NCBI GenBank assembly: GCA_903822525.1
Contig: CAIJPI010000180.1
Span: 46,371 to 110,370, forward strand
From: an uncultured Bacteroidales bacterium
Lineage (GTDB): Bacteria > Bacteroidota > Bacteroidia > Bacteroidales > UBA4417
Reading direction: 5' to 3'
Length of the DNA stretch: 64,000 nucleotides
Below the pieces are notes generated by a model. It was not told the DNA's origin, ran no database searches, and worked only from the letters and a program-made list of their open reading frames with translations. A program made the position numbers and the translations under genes. Below, piece by piece: positions 48,359 through 57,404 of the stretch. The first letter of the stretch is position 1; each line of letters opens with the position of its first letter.

Positions 48359-50326
48359 TTGGAACCTTCAACAACTGGCCCGGTGCCACAGACATTTATC
48401 GTAAAAACCATTGCAGGTCTCGAACAAGTACTGGCTGACGAAATCGTACAACTCGGCGGTGACAATGTTCAGATCCTAACCCGGGCAGTAAGTTTCGAAG
48501 GCGACAAGCGATTGCTTTATAAGGCTAATTACTGCCTTCGTACCGCTCAAAGGATCCTCATGCCGATATTCACTTTCCAGATGGCCGATGAGGATGATTT
48601 GTACAACCAGATCACAGCATATCCATGGGAGAATTTTCTCACTTTACAGAAGACATTGGCTGTTGATGCTGTTTCGAGCGACTCAGAGCTGACCCATACA
48701 CACTATATTGCCCAGCGGACCAAAGATGCTATTGTCGACCGTTTTCGTATCATCAGTAATGGTCGCAGACCGTCAGTTGATACCGAAAATCCGCATGTAA
48801 GGATTAACATTCACATCAGGGGCAGTATCTGCGATGTATCGGTCGATAGTTCGGGCGCATCACTACATAAACGTGGATACAGGGTTTCCAATGCCGAAGC
48901 ACCCATGAGCGAAGTTCTTGCCGCAGGTCTGATCATGCTTTCGGGCTGGAAACACGATTGTAATTTTATTGATCCTATGTGCGGCTCAGGGACGCTGGTT
49001 ATTGAAGCGGCTATGATTGCCAATAATTTCCCTGCGGGAATGTACCGTAAGGAATTTGGTTTTATGCACTGGCCCGATTTTGACCAGAATCTCTGGAATG
49101 AGGTAACGAAAGAAGCGCTGGATAAACAAACCGAATTTGACTTCCAGATTTTAGGCAGTGATATTTCCACCAAAAACCTGGCTTCAGCAAAAGCAAATGT
49201 AAAATCTGCCCGGCTGCATAAAGACGTAACACTTTCTGTAAGTGCTTTTTCAGCTATTCAGCCACCTGCAGGTGCTCCTGGTATTGTGATAATCAATCCG
49301 CCTTACGGTGAACGCATCAGGCTTAATGATATCATCGGGTTGTACAAAAGTATCGGTAATACGCTGAAACAGGAATTTGCAGGCTACCAGGCCTGGGTAA
49401 TAAGCAGCGACCAGCGGGCACTTAGCTTAATCGGGCTTAGGCCCACAGCTAAATTGCCGGTCTTTAACGGTCCGCTCGAATGTCGTTTCGAACATTTCGA
49501 TTTGTACAAAGGCAGCAAAAGAGGCCGGTATATGGATGGTGAAAATACCGGTGAAGAAGGCAAGGCTGATGAGCGTGACTATTCGAACCGTGAGGACAAA
49601 CCCAACTGGCGCAGTAAAGATGCTCCTGAGGGGGATTTTGATTCCCTCGATCCAAAGCCGCGTGAATTTAAGTCGCGTGAGATTAAACCCCGCAGCGAAT
49701 ACAGCGAACGAAAATCGACGCGATTCGAAAGCAAAGAAGGTGACAATTCGGGAAGCAGGCCTCCGCGTCGTGAGAACGATGCTCCAAAAAGTGAATTTAA
49801 GTCGCGTGAATTCAAACCCCGTGAATATAAACCACGCGACGAAAGTAGCGAAAGTGTTTTCATTCCCCGTAAAAACAGGGAAGGCGACAGCAATTCCGGT
49901 GAAAGTGTCAGGCCTGTCCGTGATGACCGCTACAGTAAAAACGAAAGGCCTGAACGCCGGAAAGTCGAAAAAATCAAGCTGAAACCTGCTACGCGTATTG
50001 AAGAAAGAAATGAATATCTCAATGTCAGGAAACCTGTTGCCGAAATACCATCAGAAATTCCTGAAATTGAAAAGATTGTGGTTGCTACTGATCCGTCAAT
50101 AGAAAATACACCCCAACGTGAACCTTCAAAAGGCAATAAATTTACAGAACAAAGGGATTATAAAATTGCCCGCACCCGGGAACTCAGGCCGCGAAAACCA
50201 AAAGCAGAGGATAGCGCAACTGTAAAACCTGAAACAAAACCTGAAACAAAACCTGAACCCAAATCGCCAAAACCAGAGCCAAAATTACCGAAACCACCGG
50301 TTAATTATGATGATCTTGAGGATTAA
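48359..50326 (+). CDS. THUMP-domain class I SAM-dependent RNA methyltransferase (RlmL-N/YpsC-like) with a 270-aa low-complexity C-terminal extension
   Basis: The first ~385 aa have THUMP-like architecture, the SAM loop DPMCGSGTLVIEAA and the catalytic IINPPYGERI. The remainder is K/R/E/P/S-rich with internal repeats. A TTG start is inferred because the first ATG is at codon 68. Confidence 0.85.
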   Translation: MEPSTTGPVPQTFIVKTIAGLEQVLADEIVQLGGDNVQILTRAVSFEGDKRLLYKANYCLRTAQRILMPIFTFQMADEDDLYNQITAYPWENFLTLQKTLAVDAVSSDSELTHTHYIAQRTKDAIVDRFRIISNGRRPSVDTENPHVRINIHIRGSICDVSVDSSGASLHKRGYRVSNAEAPMSEVLAAGLIMLSGWKHDCNFIDPMCGSGTLVIEAAMIANNFPAGMYRKEFGFMHWPDFDQNLWNEVTKEALDKQTEFDFQILGSDISTKNLASAKANVKSARLHKDVTLSVSAFSAIQPPAGAPGIVIINPPYGERIRLNDIIGLYKSIGNTLKQEFAGYQAWVISSDQRALSLIGLRPTAKLPVFNGPLECRFEHFDLYKGSKRGRYMDGENTGEEGKADERDYSNREDKPNWRSKDAPEGDFDSLDPKPREFKSREIKPRSEYSERKSTRFESKEGDNSGSRPPRRENDAPKSEFKSREFKPREYKPRDESSESVFIPRKNREGDSNSGESVRPVRDDRYSKNERPERRKVEKIKLKPATRIEERNEYLNVRKPVAEIPSEIPEIEKIVVATDPSIENTPQREPSKGNKFTEQRDYKIARTRELRPRKPKAEDSATVKPETKPETKPEPKSPKPEPKLPKPPVNYDDLED

Positions 50327-50350
50327 TTGATTTGCCATCAGCTGTTTTTA

Positions 50351-50509
50351 GCCTTGTGGTTTGTTCACAGAATAATGGTTTATTGCGACAGATCAAATGT
50401 TTATCTGTCAATTAATTACAGTGAATATTGGCTGTAGTTAAGCGTTGAGTCTTAAACATTGTGCTTTCTTCGTGTTTTAGTGCCTTGGTGGCTAAATAAA
50501 AATAGCCAC
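50351..50509. repeat. Cluster of short hairpins / REP-like motifs
   Basis: GACAGAT-caaatgttt-ATCTGTC (50387-50409) and GTGGCTA-aataaaaa-TAGCCAC (50488-50509). GCCTTGTGG (50351) and GCCTTGGTGG (50482) form direct repeats. Confidence 0.5.
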
Positions 50510-50701
50510 AAAGTTTCAATGCTACTTAGCATCACTAATTAAGATTTCAAAGCTTTTCTGTACCTGAGTCAGAATAATTATAAAATTCAGGACTTAGGTG
50601 CCCTTTTACAATATTTGGTTTTAGTAGTCAGCTATTCAGCAAAATTAGCGCTCAATCTGTAAAAATTCCTACCTTCGCTTTTCAGGCTCACTTAGTATCC
50701 T

Positions 50702-53176
50702 ATGCGCACCACAATATTTGTAAATGTTCTGCTTCCCTTACCGGTTCCGGGTTATTTTACATACCGCGTGCCCTTCGATCTGAACGATTCGGTTGCAACT
50801 GGTAAACGCGTAGTGGTGCAGTTCGGGAAAAAGAAAGTGTATACTGCAGTTATACATAGCATAACAGAAAAGGCACCTGAGGTTGAAACAAAATATATTC
50901 TTGGGGTGCTCGATCTGCATCCGGTTGCCAATCAGTTCCAGTTCAGGCTTTGGGAATGGATCGCTTCCTATTATTGCTGCACCGTTGGCGAAGTAATGAA
51001 TGCAGCCTTGCCGGCAGCACTTAAACTTGCCAGCGAATCGAAAATCAGGATAGTACCTGGTGTGGAAATCAGCGAGAAAATACTTTCGGAAAAAGAGTAT
51101 AACCTGCTACGGGCATTGAAGGAAAACGGGGCATTGTCCATTACGGATGCTTCACGTTTTGCCGACCTTGTAAAGATTATACCGTTGATACATAACCTCA
51201 TCGAGAAAGGTTATATAGTTACCGAAGAAGAAATTCATGAACGGTTTACCCCAAAAACCCTTTCGTTTATAAAACTTACCGATGCCTTCAGCAGCGAGGA
51301 ACAACTTCAACAACTTTACGATAAACTGGAACGGAAGGCACCCAAGCAGCTTGACCTGCTGATCGAATATATACAACTCTCGAAAATCATGTCGGACAAT
51401 CCGGTGGAGGTTTCGCGAAAGGAATTGTTTGCCCGTATTGATGATGCAGCTTCAAAATTTAATGCATTGGAGAAAAAAGGTGTTTTTGAGGAATACGATA
51501 GGGAAATAAGCCGGCTGAACTACAGGCAGGCCACCCACAAAGCCGAGAATATCATTCTGACAGCTGAACAGCAGCGCGCTTTGGAGGAAATATCTGTTTC
51601 GTTTGCCGAAAAAAATGTGACCTTGCTTCATGGAGTGACTTCGAGCGGGAAAACCGAAATTTATATTAAACTCATCAGGCAAATGCTTGATGAAGGGAAG
51701 CAGGTATTGTATCTTTTACCTGAAATTGCGCTTACCACTCAAATTATTAACCGCCTGCAGAAATATTTCGGGAATGAGGTCGGAGTGTATCATTCGCGCT
51801 ACAATGAGAATGAGCGTGTCGAAATCTGGCAGCATGTAGCCGGAACGGGTAGCCAGTCATTTAATGTACTGCTGGGAGCCCGGTCAGCCATGTTCCTGCC
51901 TTTCAACAATCTTGGGCTGATAATTATCGACGAGGAGCACGATGCATCCTACAAGCAGTATGATCCTGCGCCACGATACAATGCCCGCGATGCAGCTGTT
52001 TTTCTGGCATCGATGCATGGAGCCAAAGTGCTGCTTGGTTCTGCCACTCCTGCTATCGAGAGCTTTTACAATGCGAGTCAGGGCAAATACGGGTTGAGCT
52101 CTCTTACTGAACGGTTTGGCGGGTTGCTGCTTCCGCAGGTCAAACTTGTTAACCTGAAGGATGAACACCGCTTGAAAACCATGCAGTCGATCTTTTCATC
52201 CGCTTTGATACGTGAAGTGGATGCTGCCCTGGCAGCCGGTGAGCAGGTAATATTATTCCAGAACAGGCGTGGATTTTCGCTACATATCGACTGCGATAAC
52301 TGCAGCTGGATTCCACATTGTGTACAATGCGATGTTTCACTTGTTTACCATAAAAAACAGAATCAGCTCCGCTGCCACTATTGTGGCTATACCACCCGTA
52401 TTCCCGACAAATGCCCCGACTGCGGCCATACCCACCTGGTAATGAAAGGATTCGGAACTGAAAAAATTGAAGAGGAACTGTCGCTTATTTTTCCAAAAGC
52501 CCGTATAGCCCGTATGGATCTGGATACGACCCGTACACGCTTTGCGCACCAGAAACTGATTGCTGCATTCGAAGAACGAAAAATTGATATCCTGGTGGGT
52601 ACACAAATGGTGACCAAAGGCCTCGATTTCGACCATGTAAGCCTGGTAGGTATCCTGAATGCCGATAGCTTGCTTTCATATCCTGATTTCAGGGCATTTG
52701 AGAGAGGATTCCAACTCATGGCCCAGGTGGCAGGACGGGCGGGTCGGAAAAACCGGCAGGGTAAAGTAATGATACAGGCCTATAACCCCTCACATCCCAT
52801 ACTGGGAATGGTATTGACGCACAATTACGAAGCTATGTACCAGAACCAGCTAGCCGAACGCGAAAAATTTAATTATCCTCCTTTTTGCCGTATCGTTCAG
52901 CTTTCGCTAAGGCATGTCGATGCCGATTTAATCAACAAAGCAGCCAGTGAACTGGCTAAAACCTTGAGGGCATTATTTGGTAAAAGAATGCTGGGTCCCG
53001 AATATCCAAATGTGTCGCGGATCCGGAATCAGTACCTAAAAAATATTCTGTTAAAATTTGAAAAGGGAATTCCATTGCCTAAAGCAAAAGACGAAATCAA
53101 GAAAGCTATAATAAAGCTGAATGCACATCCGGATTATAAATCGGTGCGCGTATTAATTGATGTGGACCCCATGTAA
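50702..53176 (+). CDS. priA: Primosomal protein N' (replication restart helicase PriA)
   Basis: Walker A HGVTSSGKTEIY, DEXH box IIIDEEHD, and the Cys-rich zinc module CDNCSWIPHCVQCDVSL...CHYCGY...CPDCG. Confidence 0.95.
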   Translation: MRTTIFVNVLLPLPVPGYFTYRVPFDLNDSVATGKRVVVQFGKKKVYTAVIHSITEKAPEVETKYILGVLDLHPVANQFQFRLWEWIASYYCCTVGEVMNAALPAALKLASESKIRIVPGVEISEKILSEKEYNLLRALKENGALSITDASRFADLVKIIPLIHNLIEKGYIVTEEEIHERFTPKTLSFIKLTDAFSSEEQLQQLYDKLERKAPKQLDLLIEYIQLSKIMSDNPVEVSRKELFARIDDAASKFNALEKKGVFEEYDREISRLNYRQATHKAENIILTAEQQRALEEISVSFAEKNVTLLHGVTSSGKTEIYIKLIRQMLDEGKQVLYLLPEIALTTQIINRLQKYFGNEVGVYHSRYNENERVEIWQHVAGTGSQSFNVLLGARSAMFLPFNNLGLIIIDEEHDASYKQYDPAPRYNARDAAVFLASMHGAKVLLGSATPAIESFYNASQGKYGLSSLTERFGGLLLPQVKLVNLKDEHRLKTMQSIFSSALIREVDAALAAGEQVILFQNRRGFSLHIDCDNCSWIPHCVQCDVSLVYHKKQNQLRCHYCGYTTRIPDKCPDCGHTHLVMKGFGTEKIEEELSLIFPKARIARMDLDTTRTRFAHQKLIAAFEERKIDILVGTQMVTKGLDFDHVSLVGILNADSLLSYPDFRAFERGFQLMAQVAGRAGRKNRQGKVMIQAYNPSHPILGMVLTHNYEAMYQNQLAEREKFNYPPFCRIVQLSLRHVDADLINKAASELAKTLRALFGKRMLGPEYPNVSRIRNQYLKNILLKFEKGIPLPKAKDEIKKAIIKLNAHPDYKSVRVLIDVDPM

Positions 53177-53281
53177 GTGATTGTTTTGAAGTCAGATTCG
53201 TGAAAGTACCCTTATTTCATTTTATCAGAAATCTGCTTACCTGGGTCTATACCGTATAATTATAAAATTTGCAGGTAGTTT

Positions 53282-53902
53282 TTAGAACAAACCATGCAGA
53301 TTGGCCTGAACCCTTTCAATGATCTGACCCAGATCTTCGGGATTATCCTGGAAATTAATATTATCTACATCAAATATCAGGAGTTTGCCATCGGTATAAT
53401 CGTTTATCCAGCTTTCGTAACGGTCGTTCAGACTTTTAAGGTAGTCGAGGCGGATGGACGCTTCGTAATCGCGGCCCCGTTTCTGTATGTTCCTGACAAG
53501 GGTAGGCACATCAGCACGCAGGTATATCAGCAGGTCGGGAGGTTGTATAAAAGATGACATAAGCTCGAACAACGACTGGTAATTTTCGTAATCGCGTGTA
53601 GTCATAAGGCTCATGGCATGAAGGTTAGGCGCAAAAATATGAGCGTCTTCATATATAGTACGATCCTGGATTACATTTTTGCCGCTTTTGCGAATATCAA
53701 CGATTTGCCGGAAACGGCTGTTCAGAAAATAAATCTGCAGGTTAAACGACCAGCGTTGCATATCTTCATAGAAACTTGGAAGATATGGATTGGTATCCAC
53801 ATCTTCGTAATGTGGTTGCCATCCAAAGTGCTTGGCCAGCAAGCCTGTCAGTGTTGTTTTGCCGGATCCTATATTCCCTGCTATTGCTATATGCATTCCC
53901 AT
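53282..53902 (-). CDS. Deoxynucleoside kinase
   Basis: IAIAGNIGSGKTTL P-loop, then NPYLPSFYEDMQRWSF and DRTIYED. Confidence 0.9.
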   Translation of the reverse strand: MGMHIAIAGNIGSGKTTLTGLLAKHFGWQPHYEDVDTNPYLPSFYEDMQRWSFNLQIYFLNSRFRQIVDIRKSGKNVIQDRTIYEDAHIFAPNLHAMSLMTTRDYENYQSLFELMSSFIQPPDLLIYLRADVPTLVRNIQKRGRDYEASIRLDYLKSLNDRYESWINDYTDGKLLIFDVDNINFQDNPEDLGQIIERVQANLHGLF

Positions 53903-54195
53903 AAGTACAAGTGTTATCAGTCAGCTAATTTATTAAGAATCTTGTTTACGAAGAAAAACATTTACGTATTGTTGATAACTAGTTAATCCACGTATGGGTG
54001 TAATTTTCCTTTTTCTTACCAGGACGATCCGGATTGTACAGAGGTTCAAAGCGATAAATCTGCTTGTGTCAGCCGATATTCAATCTATTCCATTGGCCTT
54101 ATTGGAAAATAAATTGCTCATATGACTGGGTTCATCTTCTCCTCGTTTCACTGCTTTTCTGTATTTCCCCTGTTTTGAGCATACAAAAATGCAGT

Positions 54196-55713
54196 CTAGT
54201 CAGCTCTTTTGCTCAAAGTCAGAATTTCTTCCACATATTTCCGTTCGTTCGACAATCTCGGAACTTTATGCTGTCCTCCAAGTTTACCATGTTCGCGGAA
54301 CCATTCATAGAAAGTTCCTTTTTCAACCTGTCGTATTACCGGCAGTAGCAGCATCAGGTTATGATATCGTTTGGCTTCGTAATCCGAATTCAGCGATTTC
54401 AGAGCATTGTCGAGCATTTCGCTGAAATATTCAATGCTTTCGGGAGGTGTTTCAAATTCTATAACCCATTCATGAGCTGCTTTTTCGTTCTCTTTCAGGA
54501 AAATGGGAGCAGCAGTATATTCGGTGATAACGGCACCGGCTTTTTCACAGGCGGTTGCCAGGGCTTTTTCGGCGTTATCAATAATAAGTTCTTCGCCAAA
54601 AGCATTGATAAAACTGCGGGTCCTTCCTGTAATTTTTATACGGTAAGGATCAGAAGACGTAAACATAACTGTGTCGCCTATCATATAACGCCACAAACCG
54701 GCATTTGTGCTGATCACCATGGCATAGTTAACTCCGGTTTCGACTTGCCATATGGGAAGGGTAAGCGGGTTTGGTTTGTCGATTTCCGTAACGGGCATGA
54801 ATTCGTAAAAAATTCCGTAATCGAGCATCAGAAGTAAATCGTCGGCATCGAGCCTGTCCTGAATGCCGAAAAATCCTTCGCTGGCGTTATAGGTTTCGAG
54901 GTAATGCATTTCAGGCGGGCAGATCTTGCGGAATTGCTCACGGTAGGGGGTAAAACTCACTCCGCCATGGACAAACAATTCCAGGTTCGGCCATACCTCT
55001 TTAATATTCGTTGCCCCGGTTATTTCCAGTATTTTGTTCAAAAGCACCAGTGTCCATGACGGAACACCCGTTATATTCGTGACATCTTCATCCTTGGTGA
55101 TCATAGCCATTCGGAGAAGTTTGTCTTCCCATTCATCCATAAGAGCCACGCTCATATCGGGCGTACGGATCAGTTGTATCCAGAAGGGAAGGTTCTCCAT
55201 AATAATAGCAGAAACATCACCATGGTAGGTGTCCGCCATTTCATTATCCATCTTGAAACTGCCACCCATTCCCAGTACCTTACCGCTGAAAATCAGTGAT
55301 GAGGGGTTGCTGTTGCAATAGATCGAAAGCAGGTCCTTGCCGCCTTTCATATGGCATTCCTCGAGTGCTTCGGCTGTAACAGGAATAAACTTGCTTTTAT
55401 CGCTGGTGGTGCCTGAACTTTTAGCAAACCACTTGACCTCGGTAGGCCACAGTAGGTTATTTTCGCCTTTTCTAAGCCTGTCGATATAGGGCTTAATAGC
55501 ATTATAGTCGCTAATAGGCACACGCTGACGGTATTCATCTAATGAATTGATGGTTCGGTAGTCGTATTTAAGTCCCCATTCGGTATCGCGGGCAGTATAT
55601 AACAGGTTCTCGAACCACTCTTCCTGCACTTCGTGCGGGTATTTCATAAATAACTCTATCTGGTGGATGCGTTTGCGTATAAACCACGATATCACCGAAT
55701 TAAATAATGTCAT
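54196..55713 (-). CDS. GH3 auxin-responsive-promoter family protein (acyl-adenylate-forming superfamily)
   Basis: 505 aa. Contains FMKYPHEVQEEWFENLL, FAKSSGTTSDKSKFIPVT and YNASEGFFG. Confidence 0.82.
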   Translation of the reverse strand: MTLFNSVISWFIRKRIHQIELFMKYPHEVQEEWFENLLYTARDTEWGLKYDYRTINSLDEYRQRVPISDYNAIKPYIDRLRKGENNLLWPTEVKWFAKSSGTTSDKSKFIPVTAEALEECHMKGGKDLLSIYCNSNPSSLIFSGKVLGMGGSFKMDNEMADTYHGDVSAIIMENLPFWIQLIRTPDMSVALMDEWEDKLLRMAMITKDEDVTNITGVPSWTLVLLNKILEITGATNIKEVWPNLELFVHGGVSFTPYREQFRKICPPEMHYLETYNASEGFFGIQDRLDADDLLLMLDYGIFYEFMPVTEIDKPNPLTLPIWQVETGVNYAMVISTNAGLWRYMIGDTVMFTSSDPYRIKITGRTRSFINAFGEELIIDNAEKALATACEKAGAVITEYTAAPIFLKENEKAAHEWVIEFETPPESIEYFSEMLDNALKSLNSDYEAKRYHNLMLLLPVIRQVEKGTFYEWFREHGKLGGQHKVPRLSNERKYVEEILTLSKRAD

Positions 55714-55926
55714 AAAAGTATAATTTCAAAAGATTCGATTTTTCAAAATTAAGAAATTATTGGGAGTGTTTTCGGTGGGATTTACTGTTTTATCCACAAA
55801 TTGCTTAAATGGCTAACAAATAAGCGAAAATATCTGTGTTCATATGTGTTCATTTGTAGATTATTCTTTCTTGCTTTTTATCGTCCTGCTGAAAAAAGGC
55901 TACCTTTATTCCTCAAATTATTTTTA

Positions 55927-56589
55927 ATGGAAAAGCGCAATGCCCTTATTGCCGGTGCCACCGGATTAGTTGGAAATAGTATTCTGCAGCAATTGCTGGC
56001 AGATGATCAATACGAAAAAGTCGTAATCATTGCCCGTAAGCCAATGGAAATCAAGCACCCGAAACTTATTCATCAACTAATTGATTTTGATTCAATTGAA
56101 TCAATTAAATTAGATTTTTCGGTTGATGATGTATTTTGTGCGCTTGGCACTACCATTAAAACTGCCGGATCACAGGATGCATTCTACAGAGTGGATTACA
56201 CCTACGTAGTAAACCTTGGAAAATGGTGTGTCTCTAATACCGTGAAGCGATTCCTGATTGTGAGCGCAATGGGAGCCAATGCAGAATCAGGTATTTTCTA
56301 TAACCGGGTGAAAGGTGAAATGGAAGCAGCTGTAAGCCAGCTGAATATTCCGCAGAAACAAATTTTCCAGCCTTCGCTGCTTATGGGAAACCGGACCGAA
56401 AAGCGTAGTGGTGAAAAAATAGCGCAGGCCGTTATGGGTGGTCTGGGGTTTCTGTTTACCGGATCATTATTAAAGTACAAAGGAATACATGCTGATGTGG
56501 TGGCAAAAGCAATGATAAAAGCTGCCAAATCGGAAGCAATAGGTTTTACCGTTTATAATTCAGGGGAGTTGCAGGGAATGGGCAAATAA
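55927..56589 (+). CDS. NAD(P)H-binding (atypical SDR / YraR-like) protein
   Basis: Rossmann motif ALIAGATGLVGNSIL. About 220 aa when started at the ATG at 55927; the longer TTG-initiated ORF has an implausible N-terminus. Confidence 0.72.
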   Translation: MEKRNALIAGATGLVGNSILQQLLADDQYEKVVIIARKPMEIKHPKLIHQLIDFDSIESIKLDFSVDDVFCALGTTIKTAGSQDAFYRVDYTYVVNLGKWCVSNTVKRFLIVSAMGANAESGIFYNRVKGEMEAAVSQLNIPQKQIFQPSLLMGNRTEKRSGEKIAQAVMGGLGFLFTGSLLKYKGIHADVVAKAMIKAAKSEAIGFTVYNSGELQGMGK

Positions 56590-56658
56590 AAAGCAAATAG
56601 CTGTAAGGTTATTATAGCTTCCTTCTTTTTAAAAATTGCTCCCTGATGAATCATGCAC

Positions 56659-56976
56659 TTATCCTTTCCGGGAAGCTCCTTTACCCCCGAAAAATCCCCA
56701 TCCGCCACTGCCAAGCAGGAATCCGAATCCATACCAGGCGCCGTTGTTATTCGGAGCATAAACTGTGATATCAGTCCTGAACAGCATGGCAATCAGGTCG
56801 AAAGGGGCAATAAATCCATGAAGCAAACCGCCCCAGAAACCAAATGTGTGACCTGTAAGGCAAGGGGTTATAATTTCTTTATTGGCACAACCGGTTAAGA
56901 GGGCCAGACTTATTATGGCCACGGTGAAGAAAACGGCAGGACTGATCTTTTTGAACACTTCTTTGAATCTGAACAT
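56659..56976 (-). CDS. Hypothetical small lipoprotein, Gly/Phe-rich
   Basis: Lipobox LALLTGC. GFWGGLLHGF and GFGFLLGSGGWGFFGG segments. No family was recognised. Confidence 0.45.
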   Translation of the reverse strand: MFRFKEVFKKISPAVFFTVAIISLALLTGCANKEIITPCLTGHTFGFWGGLLHGFIAPFDLIAMLFRTDITVYAPNNNGAWYGFGFLLGSGGWGFFGGKGASRKG

Positions 56977-57028
56977 GGTTTTTGATTTTTTTAAAAATGA
57001 ATAATTCAAGTGGTTTTTAACTAATTTT

Positions 57029-57250
57029 CTAAGGGTTACTGTCGGGTGTTACCTGTCTGAAAGCCCTGACTGCTGATTAGGAGGTAGGATATGGCGGTTG
57101 CCTGTATGCAAAGGAATCAATTAGCGTATGAGGAGCCGCATTTACCTTGTCCTCATCTATCATTTCCTTAAGGTAATACAACACAACACTGCCTTTCTGG
57201 TAGTGAATATATCCCTGGTTTTCAGTCTTCATCAATGGGCGCTCGGCTTA
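57029..57250 (-). pseudogene. Relic fragment of an M1-family (aminopeptidase N-like) peptidase gene
   Basis: The minus strand reads AERPLMKTENQGYIHYQKGSVVLYYLKEMIDEDKVNAAPHTLIDSFAYRQPPYPTS*SAVRAFRQVTPDSNP*. The Y.KG....Y.L...IGEDKVN..L..F......PYPTS..L......TPD pattern matches my recollection of the region after the catalytic domain of M1 peptidases. It is bounded and interrupted by stop codons. Confidence 0.45.
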
Positions 57251-57350
57251 GTTTTTTAAATATGATTTTTAAATATTTCACTATAAAAAGACTTGGTTTG
57301 GCTTGAGAGGAAAAGGTCATAATTTCGAATTGGTTGAAAAATGAATAGAG

Positions 57351-57388
57351 TTCAAATATAGTGTTAAATATTTAACACTATATTTGAA
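57351..57388. promoter_or_regulatory. Perfect 38-bp palindrome containing mirror-image -7 boxes (candidate operator / bidirectional promoter)
   Basis: TTCAAATATAGTGTTAAAT|ATTTAACACTATATTTGAA. The right arm holds TATATTTG (57379-57386), 19 nt upstream of the ATG at 57405. The left arm holds the same box on the minus strand. Confidence 0.55.
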
Positions 57389-57404
57389 TCTTAATAATTC
57401 GCCG

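Noticed and set aside
49536-49982. Alternative-frame ORFs (148 aa on the plus strand and 104 aa on the minus strand) within the methyltransferase tail region
   Set aside because: The open alternative frames are a by-product of the purine-rich, repeat-containing, stop-poor sequence. The frame continuous with the methyltransferase domain runs through this region without interruption.
53985-54070. Minus-strand peptide ...QIYRFEPLYNPDRPGKKKENYTHTWIN* between the dNK and GH3 genes
   Set aside because: It is preceded immediately by an in-frame stop and has no ATG, GTG or TTG start. It is too short to assign, and if it is anything it is a decayed remnant.
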